From: a virus
Reading direction: 5' to 3' (one strand)
DNA: 64,000 nt
IMG/VR virus record: IMGVR_UViG_3300032246_001180
Location: 104,243-168,242 of that record
Both the position numbers and the translations under genes were made by a program. Every line of letters begins with the position of its first letter. The first letter of the stretch is position 1. Shown here in pieces: positions 25,784-34,855 of this stretch. The notes beneath the pieces are model-generated. The model saw nothing but the letters and a program-made list of their open reading frames with translations, was not told the origin of the DNA and did no database searches.

Positions 25784-26827
25784 ATGGAAATATTGAAACT
25801 TACAGATGGCCTCGGCTATCTATGGATGGTTTTCTTCATAATGATTTCTGCTGGACTAGCAAAAGAATATAACCTTTTTGCCCCAGCGTACTCTTATGTC
25901 AAGAACACTTTCCGGTCAAACAAATTTGTTATTGTTCTTTTATCTGCTATTGGTGGTATTCTGCCAATTGAGGGTCGAGTAACAGTATCGGCAGGTTTGT
26001 TAGACACCGTTGCGCCAAAGGATGGCCAAGGTCGTGAAAAGATGGGTATTGTTGATTATCTATCAACGCATCACTATTATATGTGGTCGCCACTAGAAAA
26101 GACAGTTGTTCTTCCTATCGCAGCTTTTGGTCTTACATACACAGCATTCATGGGAATGATTGCACCATTACTGGTCGTTAGTCTTGGTTTTATTTCTTGG
26201 TATATTTGGCGAGAAGTAAAAGATGAAGATATCGTGGTTTCAAACCTAGATAATTTCAAACTAAGTTCAGTAATTCGTAATGTATTTCCAATGTTCGTTG
26301 CAATCGGCACTTACATTTATGTTGGTGGTGCAGATAACGTATTCACAATTTTTGGTTTGTTAGCTCTTTATTATGTGTTCATTACACAACAATGGAACTA
26401 TAGAAAGCTTTCTAAATATATTAATTGGGAAGTTTTGGTTACTGTAGGTGTGGTTATCATTCTAGGTAATCTGGCAAAATCCTATAACAACGAATATGTG
26501 TCATACATTAAAGGTGTGGGTTTCGATCCACACACTTTGATTGGAATGACTCTCATAAGCGTTGTCGGATTTGTGGTTAGTTTTTTGATGGGTAGTTCAG
26601 GTAAGTTTATTGCAATTGCAGTATTGATGGCACAAGTATTTGGCCTAGAATATTTTATGTGGTTTTTTGCAGTAGATTATGCTGGTTACTTGTTGAGTCC
26701 TACTCACAAATGTGTTATGGTTGGAAACCGATATTTCGGCACACCACTCAAAACATATTACAAGGCACTAGGTAGTTGGGCATTATTATTGCTTCTTACT
26801 GCCGGCGCATTTACTTTTTTAATTTAA
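25784..26827 (+). CDS. DUF401/ion-transporter-superfamily permease
   Basis: multi-TM protein; GGILP..G...SA, H.....SP, GYLLSP.HKC......YF. Confidence 0.7.
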   Translation: MEILKLTDGLGYLWMVFFIMISAGLAKEYNLFAPAYSYVKNTFRSNKFVIVLLSAIGGILPIEGRVTVSAGLLDTVAPKDGQGREKMGIVDYLSTHHYYMWSPLEKTVVLPIAAFGLTYTAFMGMIAPLLVVSLGFISWYIWREVKDEDIVVSNLDNFKLSSVIRNVFPMFVAIGTYIYVGGADNVFTIFGLLALYYVFITQQWNYRKLSKYINWEVLVTVGVVIILGNLAKSYNNEYVSYIKGVGFDPHTLIGMTLISVVGFVVSFLMGSSGKFIAIAVLMAQVFGLEYFMWFFAVDYAGYLLSPTHKCVMVGNRYFGTPLKTYYKALGSWALLLLLTAGAFTFLI

Positions 26828-26836
26828 GGGAATATA

Positions 26837-27397
26837 ATGAAGAAAATTTTAGCAATGTTGGCTTTGGCCACAGCAACCTCAGTATTTGCTGGCGACAGCA
26901 TTACACTTGAGCGTTCTAGTATTGATAACGTTGGTGCTACCAACCAAACACAATATCAGATGATGTACAAGCATACTTTCACCAACAACTTGGCAGGTGA
27001 TTTGCAGTTTCAAAATACCACAAATGATACAACAAGTGCTTTGAGCACTCGTATCGAAGGTGGTGTAACTGTGTCTGAAAAGGTTGCGGGTCCTATCGGT
27101 TTGTATGTTCGCACCGCAGCAGGTCAAAAGTATAGCAATACTACTGATTTCAGCTACTGGTCGGTTGAACCTGGCGTAACTGCTGATGTTCCTGGTATTT
27201 CTGGTTTGACAGCAAAAGTTGGTTATCGTTATCGTACCGCTTTTGATTCAACCAAAAACAATGACCAAACAAATACAATGCGTTATGGTTTGAGTTATGC
27301 AGTAACTAAGGTTGATGCAATTGGTGTTCGTTATGACCGTGTAAATGGTGATAATGACCAAAAGACTATTGCAGTTAACTATACCCGTTCCTTCTAA
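26837..27397 (+). CDS. small outer-membrane beta-barrel (porin-like)
   Basis: signal peptide, alternating beta-strand pattern, C-terminal VNYTRSF. Confidence 0.8.
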   Translation: MKKILAMLALATATSVFAGDSITLERSSIDNVGATNQTQYQMMYKHTFTNNLAGDLQFQNTTNDTTSALSTRIEGGVTVSEKVAGPIGLYVRTAAGQKYSNTTDFSYWSVEPGVTADVPGISGLTAKVGYRYRTAFDSTKNNDQTNTMRYGLSYAVTKVDAIGVRYDRVNGDNDQKTIAVNYTRSF

Positions 27398-27412
27398 TTA
27401 AATTAGAAATGC

Positions 27413-27443
27413 AAAAAGAACCCCGCTTCGGCGGGGTTTTTTA
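27413..27443. terminator. bidirectional terminator with CUUCGG loop
   Basis: AAAAAGAACCCCGC-TTCG-GCGGGGTTTTTT between convergent genes. Confidence 0.9.
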
Positions 27444-27447
27444 TTGG

Positions 27448-28950
27448 TTAAACGGTTCTCGTACTACCAATAATCATATTTCGGAAAGATGGTTCTAAAT
27501 TTCTTACAGGTGCAATTGGATTTTTAGTCGGTGCATTACTGCCAGAAGAATTGACAGCTGCCGAATTGACTGTTGTACTAGCATCAGGTGTTGAAGATGG
27601 TAGATTTAAGGCTGCATTTTCACTACTTGCACTAGGTAAGGCTGCACTAGTAGGCGTGGAAGCTGCGGCCGTAGCGGTGGACGCACCACCACCGGCAGAT
27701 GGTGTCGCAGTAGATCCAGCTGTCGGAGAAGCGCCTCCTGATGAAGTTTCTGGCGCTGTTTCGGTAGCGGTACTTGCAGGAGTGGCAGCTGGCGCAGGCG
27801 CTGGGGTTGCCGTTTTCTTAGTGCCATCCTCATTATAATCTTTGCCATATTTTTCATCCCAAGCAGCTGCTCGTACACCACGGGCAAGATTTTTTCCACC
27901 TGTTCCTGGTTTACCTGCAATAAAATCGGCCTTTGGTGGAACATTTTCTTTTATTCCCAATTCAGCATCACTTCTTTGTGGCGGAACTTCATATACTTTT
28001 TCATCAGCAGCAATGGCTTTAACTTTATCTTCACCACCAGCAGCCAACATTGCTTTTCTTTTGGCTTCTTTTTCTTCTTCGGTGGTTTCTGGCATATTCA
28101 AAATGTCTTGAGCATTCTTTTTGCCATTCTTAATAATGTCTTCTAATTTTTCACGGCCGCCCATTGCTTCAATATCTCTAGCATTTCCATTTTGTAAAAT
28201 TGCCTGTGCTTCATCAGGACTTAAAGCCTTCATATTAGGAGTATTTTCGGCCAATTTCTCCAAACCAAATTTTATCAAAGCAATAAGCGCAACCATCGAG
28301 GCTACACCCAACAATGCAAGACCAACAGGACTTGCAAACCAACCTAATACACTCATCAAAGTTTGTACAACAGCACGACCACCCAATAAAGTTTCTAATA
28401 AACTACCACCAGAATCTTGCGTTACCTTTGTGGCAGTTGCTTTGCCTGTGTATGGTTTGCCTGTAATTGCTTCAATAAGTTCTTTGTGTCGTTTTAACTT
28501 CTCAAGTTCATTTTCTTCTTTGTAGTTGTTTGCTTCTTCTCTACGTTTTGTTTCATCTTCAAAAGATTTGTTCATTAGATTATAAATCTTCTCTAACGTA
28601 GCATCAAAACCTCTACCGCCAGTACTAGTGCTTTTAATTTTATCGGCTGTATTTTTTGTATCTTGTAATTGCTCAGCTCTTTCACCTTTTTTTCTCGCAC
28701 CAGTAAAGAAATTGATAGACTCTTGTTTTCTACCTGTGGCCTTACCCAACATAGCAGGCGCCCAATTAGAACCAAATGTCATAAATTTGGCAATATTCAT
28801 TGGGTCAAAGAACTGTTTGATGCCTTCTGTTTTGGCTTTAGTTTTAAGACCGATAGCCTTTTTCATGGACGTGCCGAAGCCACCTTCTTGTTCTGCAAGT
28901 AAAGTGCCAAATGATTTTTTTCTTATCTCTTTTGCTTCTTTATAGTCCAT
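27448..28950 (-). CDS. tape-measure/baseplate-hub (gp29-like) protein
   Basis: position after gp26/gp51; helical, hydrophobic segment, A/T/S/P-rich tail. Confidence 0.55.
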   Translation of the reverse strand: MDYKEAKEIRKKSFGTLLAEQEGGFGTSMKKAIGLKTKAKTEGIKQFFDPMNIAKFMTFGSNWAPAMLGKATGRKQESINFFTGARKKGERAEQLQDTKNTADKIKSTSTGGRGFDATLEKIYNLMNKSFEDETKRREEANNYKEENELEKLKRHKELIEAITGKPYTGKATATKVTQDSGGSLLETLLGGRAVVQTLMSVLGWFASPVGLALLGVASMVALIALIKFGLEKLAENTPNMKALSPDEAQAILQNGNARDIEAMGGREKLEDIIKNGKKNAQDILNMPETTEEEKEAKRKAMLAAGGEDKVKAIAADEKVYEVPPQRSDAELGIKENVPPKADFIAGKPGTGGKNLARGVRAAAWDEKYGKDYNEDGTKKTATPAPAPAATPASTATETAPETSSGGASPTAGSTATPSAGGGASTATAAASTPTSAALPSASSENAALNLPSSTPDASTTVNSAAVNSSGSNAPTKNPIAPVRNLEPSFRNMIIGSTRTV

Positions 28951-28953
28951 ATT

Positions 28954-31164
28954 TTATCTTCTTTGAGCAGCATCCATTGGTGATGAATCATCTCTGCGTT
29001 GACCTGGTCTGGCAGGCAATGTTTGATTATTGACTGTTGTATTATTTACGGTTGTTGAATTACCACCTTGGTTATTTAACTCACCACGAAGTTGAGTATT
29101 TTCTTGTGATAGACCTAACACATTATACATCTTTTCACCTTCATGTAATTGAGTATTTAAATAAGTTGCTCTATCAGTACCACTACTAAAAGCTTTACGC
29201 ACTTGTTCAACGTCCGCAATGTTTACTTTTCCTTTACCTGCTGTTAACAGAATTAAGGCCTTTTTTAAATCTTCTGGATTTTCATAAGAATTTAAAATTT
29301 TAAGACCTTTTTGATATCCAGCTTTTAATTGTTCAACGGTCAAAAGTGGACTTAAACTATCAGCTGCCAACAAAGAAAGATAAGCTAAAGTTGCTGCTGA
29401 AGTTGTTTTTACATCTTTATTGATTAATTCAGGATTATTCACCAAGTCTAATCCCATTAATTTTCCAATAGCTTCATAGGTGTCTTTATGGGTTATACCA
29501 ATTAAAGACCTGCCTTTGTATTTTTCCCCGCCTTTGTAACCAACAGCTTCAAAGAATTTACCTTCATTAGGATCATCTATTACCGATTTCCATTGTTCGG
29601 AAGACCATTTTTTTCCAAAAGTAAAATTCATATAAGCAGTGCCGGCGCCTGCACCGCTTTGCGGAGCATCTGCATTTTTTGCTTTTATTTTTTCATACTT
29701 GTCATTTGGAATTTTAGATTTACCTGATTCCATATTGCGCCAAGTATTTTTGTAAGCTACTGGACCTTCTTCGCTTAATGTTTGTCCTGCTTGTGTTTCT
29801 TTTGCAGCAACAAGCATAACGCTAGCCGATAAAGCTGAAGAAGCACCCATAGAAACTAATTCTTTTTTAATATTTGCACTTCTTTGAGCTGCATCTAAAC
29901 CTTTTAGTCCTTCACCTTCTCTACCAACTTTTGTTGCTGTTGATGGTTTTGTCGTTGATGGTTTTGCAGGTTGAGCTGAAGGTTCTTTCTGTTGACCAGG
30001 TCTTTGAGGTTGTTGTCTAGGTGCAGTTTGAGCTGGTGCTTGTTGCTGAGGTTGTTGAGCAGGTTGTTCTTCTTTTTTCTGTCTTGTTGCGGTTTCTCTA
30101 TCAGTCTTATCTCTAGCATCTTTAGCTTCTTTATCGGCTTTTTCTTTAGCGTCTTTAGCTTCTCTGTCGGCTTTATCTTTTGCTGCCTTATTTTCTTTAT
30201 CGGCTTTTTCTTTAGCGTCTTTAGCTTCTCTGTCGGCTTTTTGTTTAGCTTCTTTATCCGCTTTTTCCTTGGCAACACGGTCTTTTTCTGCACGGTCTTT
30301 ATCCGCTTTTTCTTTAGCCTTAGTATCCTTATCTGCTTGTTTTTTATCAGTTTGAGATTTATTTTCTTGGTTTTTAGAATCTCTTTCTTGTTGTCTTTGA
30401 GCAGGTTGTTCTTCTTTCTTAGCTGGCGGCTGTTCTTTTTTAACAGGTTGCTCTTCTTTCTTAGCTGGCGGCTGTTCTTTTTTAGCAGGCTGCTCAGTTT
30501 TCTTAGCTGGCGGCTGTTCTTTTTTAGCAGGCTGCTCAGTTTTCTTAGGCGGTTGTTCCGTCTTTTTAGTTGGGGTAGGCTTTTGGGTAGGCTTAGTTGG
30601 CTTTGGTGGCGGCTTCTGTTTTTCAGAAGGTTGTCCACCAGGTTTTTCTGTAGGCTTGGTTGGTTTTGAAGGTGTTACTCTTTTGAGTGAAAGAGCTTTC
30701 AATAATTCTTTGTGTCTTCTTTCTTCTTCTTTTTTATCTTTTTTATCAAACTTGTCATCATTCTTATTCCACTTTTTGACCTCTTTTTCACGGTCTTTAA
30801 TAAGTTTGTGAATTGCTCTGACAGATTCAATTGCTGGTGTAGGTGCATCTTCACCATCATCATTATCGTTGACGGCGGCCGAACGACCCATTGTTTTGTT
30901 TTTTAATCTTGCACCGGTGAAATGTGCAATACTTTCGGCTTTTCTACCCGTCAGTTTACCCAACATGGCTGGTGCCCAATTAGAACCAAAAGTCATCTTC
31001 TTAGCAATATTCATAGGGTCAAAAGTTTCCTTAAGACCTTCTATGTTTGCTCTTGTTTTTTGGCCAATTGCTGATTTTAAAGACGAACCAAGGCCTCCCT
31101 CTTGTTCAGCCAAAAGAGTGCCAAATGATTTTTTTCTTATCTTAGCAGCTGAACTATAATCCAT
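28954..31164 (-). CDS. tape-measure-like protein with C-terminal GH19 (chitinase/lysozyme-like) domain
   Basis: KYKGRSLIGITHK..YE.IG..MG.DLVNNPEL and KET...SEE; K/E/P repeat linker; N-terminus shared with 27448-28950. Confidence 0.65.
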   Translation of the reverse strand: MDYSSAAKIRKKSFGTLLAEQEGGLGSSLKSAIGQKTRANIEGLKETFDPMNIAKKMTFGSNWAPAMLGKLTGRKAESIAHFTGARLKNKTMGRSAAVNDNDDGEDAPTPAIESVRAIHKLIKDREKEVKKWNKNDDKFDKKDKKEEERRHKELLKALSLKRVTPSKPTKPTEKPGGQPSEKQKPPPKPTKPTQKPTPTKKTEQPPKKTEQPAKKEQPPAKKTEQPAKKEQPPAKKEEQPVKKEQPPAKKEEQPAQRQQERDSKNQENKSQTDKKQADKDTKAKEKADKDRAEKDRVAKEKADKEAKQKADREAKDAKEKADKENKAAKDKADREAKDAKEKADKEAKDARDKTDRETATRQKKEEQPAQQPQQQAPAQTAPRQQPQRPGQQKEPSAQPAKPSTTKPSTATKVGREGEGLKGLDAAQRSANIKKELVSMGASSALSASVMLVAAKETQAGQTLSEEGPVAYKNTWRNMESGKSKIPNDKYEKIKAKNADAPQSGAGAGTAYMNFTFGKKWSSEQWKSVIDDPNEGKFFEAVGYKGGEKYKGRSLIGITHKDTYEAIGKLMGLDLVNNPELINKDVKTTSAATLAYLSLLAADSLSPLLTVEQLKAGYQKGLKILNSYENPEDLKKALILLTAGKGKVNIADVEQVRKAFSSGTDRATYLNTQLHEGEKMYNVLGLSQENTQLRGELNNQGGNSTTVNNTTVNNQTLPARPGQRRDDSSPMDAAQRR
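30100..30560 (-). repeat. coding tandem repeats (KKEQPPA/KKTEQPA; KEKADKEAK)
   Basis: near-identical 21/42-nt units at about 30400-30545, plus charged repeats. Confidence 0.8.
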
Positions 31165-31167
31165 TTA

Positions 31168-31356
31168 CTATTTTCTTTGTTTCTCTTTTAGTCTTTGGTT
31201 TTCTTCTTCAATATATTGTATCAGCATGGTAACGTAGATATCCCTTTCCCAAGGAATCATCGACTCAAGTTCAGTAAGACTATACTTATGGTGTTGCATC
31301 AAGGAAAAGTTAGTCTTGTAATAATTCTTTAAATTGTCATGACGAAGTGTTAGCCG
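31168..31356 (-). CDS. gp51: gp51-like domain, reached by -1 frameshift from the gp26-like gene (internal ATG at 31299)
   Basis: RLTLRHDNLKNYYKTNFSLMQHHKYSLTELESMIPWERDIYVTMLIQYIEEEN; missed by ORF track. Confidence 0.8.
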   Translation of the reverse strand, partial: RLTLRHDNLKNYYKTNFSLMQHHKYSLTELESMIPWERDIYVTMLIQYIEEENQRLKEKQRK

Positions 31357-32078
31357 AAAAAATCTTCAAGACCCTCCACAACAAGGTGGTGTTCAAAACC
31401 ACACTTACTGCAAGTGATATCAATATCTTGTTTCATTCTTGGCAACTGATTGAAGAACGCTTCAACCTTTTCAAACTGCTCTTGATTCATACTCTCAACG
31501 AATTCTAACATCTCACCAGCTTCTGCTTCTCTACCATAGTGAAATTCTTCTGTCGGTACTTCATAGATGTATTCAATACTGTTAGCAATCATATTGAAAG
31601 TAACTTCATTAATATCATCCATGTTGATTGAATCTCTGACCAATCCAAATTCTGGATATTTCATTTTGATAATGATTCGTTCTGAAAGTTTAATTTCAGG
31701 ATTAATATCCGGTACATCAACCTTAACCGAATTCAAATCAACATCTTTTTCCATAATATTTCCGCACTCTTTATCTTCAACTGTATTGTTGCAACGATAA
31801 CGTGCCTGAATCATTTCACCTACTGACTTGGCACGCAAGTTTACAAAGTAATACTCAACGTCAACAATAGGCAATTTATCGATTTCAACACCTTCTGTAA
31901 CTGTACAGTTATAAAGAATATCATGTACGTTTTGTTGAATGGTTTCACTTTCACCAGACTCTAACGCCATCAAAAGATTCTTTTGTTCTTTTACAAGAAA
32001 CGGTCTATATTTAATTTTTCTTTTTGAAACCGGCAATTCTAATTCATATGTCGGCACATCAAGTTTAGGCAACGCCAT
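31350..32078 (-). CDS. gp26: baseplate hub assembly protein gp26-like
   Basis: MALPK...YEL.LP...KYRPFLVKE.K.LL.A.E, LRAKSVGE, C..CG, EGL.DFF. Confidence 0.85.
   Translation of the reverse strand: MALPKLDVPTYELELPVSKRKIKYRPFLVKEQKNLLMALESGESETIQQNVHDILYNCTVTEGVEIDKLPIVDVEYYFVNLRAKSVGEMIQARYRCNNTVEDKECGNIMEKDVDLNSVKVDVPDINPEIKLSERIIIKMKYPEFGLVRDSINMDDINEVTFNMIANSIEYIYEVPTEEFHYGREAEAGEMLEFVESMNQEQFEKVEAFFNQLPRMKQDIDITCSKCGFEHHLVVEGLEDFFG
31356..31377 (-). promoter_or_regulatory. putative programmed -1 frameshift signal
   Basis: T TTT TTC heptamer (31362-31356) with GGAGGG 9 nt upstream. Confidence 0.7.
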
Positions 32079-32102
32079 AATATCTCCTTAATAAAAAAAT
32101 CA

Positions 32103-32789
32103 TTATCTACCAAAAACACCTTTGATAGATTCCATCGAACCACTAGCAACTGAATCAGGTAAAGAATTTATACCTGTTCCTAAACCACCAACAGCATTTA
32201 AACCACCAACAGCATCCGCAATAGCAGATATGCCAGCATCGACAATCTCCATACCAAGAGCTTGTAGTGAGTTGTTTTTCCAATATGTGTATGCAAAGGT
32301 TACTGATAATTTATGATAACCTTCACTAGACCAATCTAAATCTAATTGGTTCATAGAAATAGGAAAAGCATCATACAAACTACAAGAATAAGAAATTTCA
32401 TTCATTACATCATACTGTGAAATCGTAATAATCGAAGCGTAATCACTTTTGTATCTATAATTGTAATTAAATGTTGGATTGATATAATTCATCCAAGCAT
32501 CAAAGAAAACTTTTTGACTCATATCATCATCAACAATGAATGTTAGGTCAATATCATTATATGTTGTTTCGTAAGGAAACTTTTCAATTGGGTTTGAACC
32601 AATCTTTTGTTCTGCGGTTGCAAAAGTTCTACCTGGAAGTTGTGCTTGTTCACAACGCATAGACAAACCTCTTGCTGACTTAATATAAGGCAGTAAAGTC
32701 AAAGGCACAGGAATATCTACCAAAAACTTACTTGGTCTTGCAACGTCTTTTTTAAAACTAGATTGAAACTCTGATATTGAACCAGCCAT
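32103..32789 (-). CDS. tail tube initiator (gp54/gp19-like)
   Basis: ARP..F.V, CE.A.LPG, FFD.W...I, AFPIS...L.W, L.VTF.Y. Confidence 0.75.
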   Translation of the reverse strand: MAGSISEFQSSFKKDVARPSKFLVDIPVPLTLLPYIKSARGLSMRCEQAQLPGRTFATAEQKIGSNPIEKFPYETTYNDIDLTFIVDDDMSQKVFFDAWMNYINPTFNYNYRYKSDYASIITISQYDVMNEISYSCSLYDAFPISMNQLDLDWSSEGYHKLSVTFAYTYWKNNSLQALGMEIVDAGISAIADAVGGLNAVGGLGTGINSLPDSVASGSMESIKGVFGR

Positions 32790-33392
32790 TTAGTGTGTCC
32801 TTATTTCGTCTAACGATTCTTTCCAAACCTTTTGCGGTTTGGCTTTCTTAAATTGTTGCATAGGTAAGAATACTGCCGTTTCCCATTCATCGGGTTGTAT
32901 GGCAAGTATCTTAGATTGAACGTGGTCATGCAAATACTTTTTAAAACATGGCCTAAACTCTCTAAAACGCTTAGAGGACGATAGAATATCATATGTTACT
33001 CTTAGTCGTTTGATTTCGTTCTCATCGCTATACTGTGCATATGACATTAACTTGTTTAAAAATGCCACACGCCATTTAAGTGGTAAATAATGTAAATTTA
33101 GTCCTGTAAATCCGTCTTTTTGCCTATCTAGTATCAACACCAAAGGAAATCTATCGTAATATGGTAATTGGTCTTTGGTTTTGGGGTCATAATAGAAACA
33201 ATATAACCCACCTATAACAAATCTACTGACTTTACGAAATCCCTCTTTGTTTACTTCCACAGCTATTCTGGAAGGATTTCTCAACGAAGCAATTTTCTCT
33301 AAAAACCATTTATAAGATTCTTTAGACAAAAAACCTAGCTGCGCTGCATTTTTCTCAGCGTTTATTAGTGTTAATTTAGATGAAGTGGCCAT
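32790..33392 (-). CDS. gp2: DNA end protector gp2
   Basis: YDPKTK..LPYYD.FPL, GLNLHYL, C.K.YL..HV.S, W.TA..LP...F. Confidence 0.9.
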   Translation of the reverse strand: MATSSKLTLINAEKNAAQLGFLSKESYKWFLEKIASLRNPSRIAVEVNKEGFRKVSRFVIGGLYCFYYDPKTKDQLPYYDRFPLVLILDRQKDGFTGLNLHYLPLKWRVAFLNKLMSYAQYSDENEIKRLRVTYDILSSSKRFREFRPCFKKYLHDHVQSKILAIQPDEWETAVFLPMQQFKKAKPQKVWKESLDEIRTH

Positions 33393-33406
33393 GATTATTA
33401 TTTAGT

Positions 33407-33841
33407 TCACAGTCCTAGGTGGTCTTCGGTTAATATTCTAAACTCCCATCCTCGGTCTGCACAATACTCATTAGCCGCTTTCCATTTGGCTTGATTGACA
33501 CCCCAAGTGGTAACTTCATTGATATATTGTTTAGTTTTTCTGGTTTGTTGTTTAGGTGGTTGAGTTTGTTTTTTAGGTTTAACTTCAATCATTAATGTTT
33601 TCAGTTTACTATCTCTAGTTCTTAATTTAATAAGGAAATCGGGAAAATATCGATGAAATCGTCCATCAACAGGAGATTTGTAAGGCACAGTCAATTCTTC
33701 AGAACCCCATGCAATAACATCAGGGTTTCTGTCTAACCAGTCCATGACCTTACATTCCCATGAAGAACGATAAACTATGTTTTTGTAATCACCAATATAT
33801 TTTGAAGGATTTTTCGGTCTAAAGAGTCCACTATACGCCAT
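33407..33841 (-). CDS. gp4: head completion nuclease gp4
   Basis: P.NP.KY.GD, YRSSWE, HRYFPDF, EVKP, NQAKW.AA. Confidence 0.92.
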   Translation of the reverse strand: MAYSGLFRPKNPSKYIGDYKNIVYRSSWECKVMDWLDRNPDVIAWGSEELTVPYKSPVDGRFHRYFPDFLIKLRTRDSKLKTLMIEVKPKKQTQPPKQQTRKTKQYINEVTTWGVNQAKWKAANEYCADRGWEFRILTEDHLGL

Positions 33842-33862
33842 ATAAAACTTCCAAGTTAACCT

Positions 33863-33870
33863 TATAAATA
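33863..33870 (+). promoter_or_regulatory. T4-type late promoter
   Basis: TATAAATA before the baseplate operon; similar NATAAATA at about 40145, 46928, 58487, 63866. Confidence 0.75.
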
Positions 33871-33905
33871 CTATGTATAACATTTCCCCAACCTAAGAGG
33901 ACTTA

Positions 33906-34853
33906 ATGGCTATCATTTCAATCCCACAATCAATTGGTGGTATAACAATTCCCGGCAGCGTTACCAATGGACCGTTAGGTATGTTGTTTGGTAAAAAAGG
34001 CGCTGGCGGTCTACAATATCCTAGAGATTTAGGTTCGGCCACAAGAGGTCATTCTGTTAGGTTTGAAATTACGGAAATTCAACCAACTGGATATGAAGCG
34101 GGCAAAGAATATAATTTTTCATCAATTGGAAGTGGTCTTACTCAACAAACTACTGATGTTGCTTCTGCTGTTTCTGCTGCTGGTGGTTTTACATCTGGTG
34201 CAGGTTTAGCGGCAGGAGCTGCTAAATTGTCATTATCTCCACAAAAAAGTAAAATTATACAAACCATAGATTTATATATGCCCGAAACCATGGCCTTTTC
34301 ATATGGCGCATCATATGATGATATTAGTTTAAAAGATGCAATACAAGAGGCTGTTCAAGGTGTTTCTTCAGCAATAGGTGTGGGTAATGTTGTGCAAGGT
34401 GTTAGTGGTGCAATAGATTCACAAGTTGCTAAGTTAGCCTTAAAATCTCAAGGCCTCGCAATCAACCCAATGAAGCAATTAGTCTTTCAAGGTATCTCAT
34501 TTAGGGATTTTCAAATGACGTTTACTTTTACACCTTATTCTAAACAAGAAGCTCAGACGGTTACAAAAATCATTGAAGCATTTAGAACGGCTGCAGCACC
34601 AACTATTAATAATGGTACTGGCGGTATGTTTTTTATTCCACCTTCAGTATTCAATATTAAATTTCTTTATAAAGGCAAAGAGAATAAAAACATCAATAAA
34701 GTTACCGAAGCGGCAATAACAACGATTGATGTTAATTACGCTCCAAACGGATGGTCTACACACTCAGATGGTGCGCCGGTACAAACTCAAATGACTATAA
34801 GCTTTAAAGAAAATGCTCTTGTTGATAGAAACAAGATTAAAGAAGGTTATTAA
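33906..34853 (+). CDS. gp48: baseplate tail-tube cap gp48
   Basis: YP.DL, LYMP, NP...F.G..FR.F...F.F.P.S..EA, V.Y.P. Confidence 0.8.
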   Translation: MAIISIPQSIGGITIPGSVTNGPLGMLFGKKGAGGLQYPRDLGSATRGHSVRFEITEIQPTGYEAGKEYNFSSIGSGLTQQTTDVASAVSAAGGFTSGAGLAAGAAKLSLSPQKSKIIQTIDLYMPETMAFSYGASYDDISLKDAIQEAVQGVSSAIGVGNVVQGVSGAIDSQVAKLALKSQGLAINPMKQLVFQGISFRDFQMTFTFTPYSKQEAQTVTKIIEAFRTAAAPTINNGTGGMFFIPPSVFNIKFLYKGKENKNINKVTEAAITTIDVNYAPNGWSTHSDGAPVQTQMTISFKENALVDRNKIKEGY

Positions 34854-34855
34854 AA

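Noticed and set aside
29904-30669. Long alternative-frame ORFs (244 aa, 225 aa)
   Set aside because: Shadows of the low-complexity K/E/P repeat region of the 736-aa gene.
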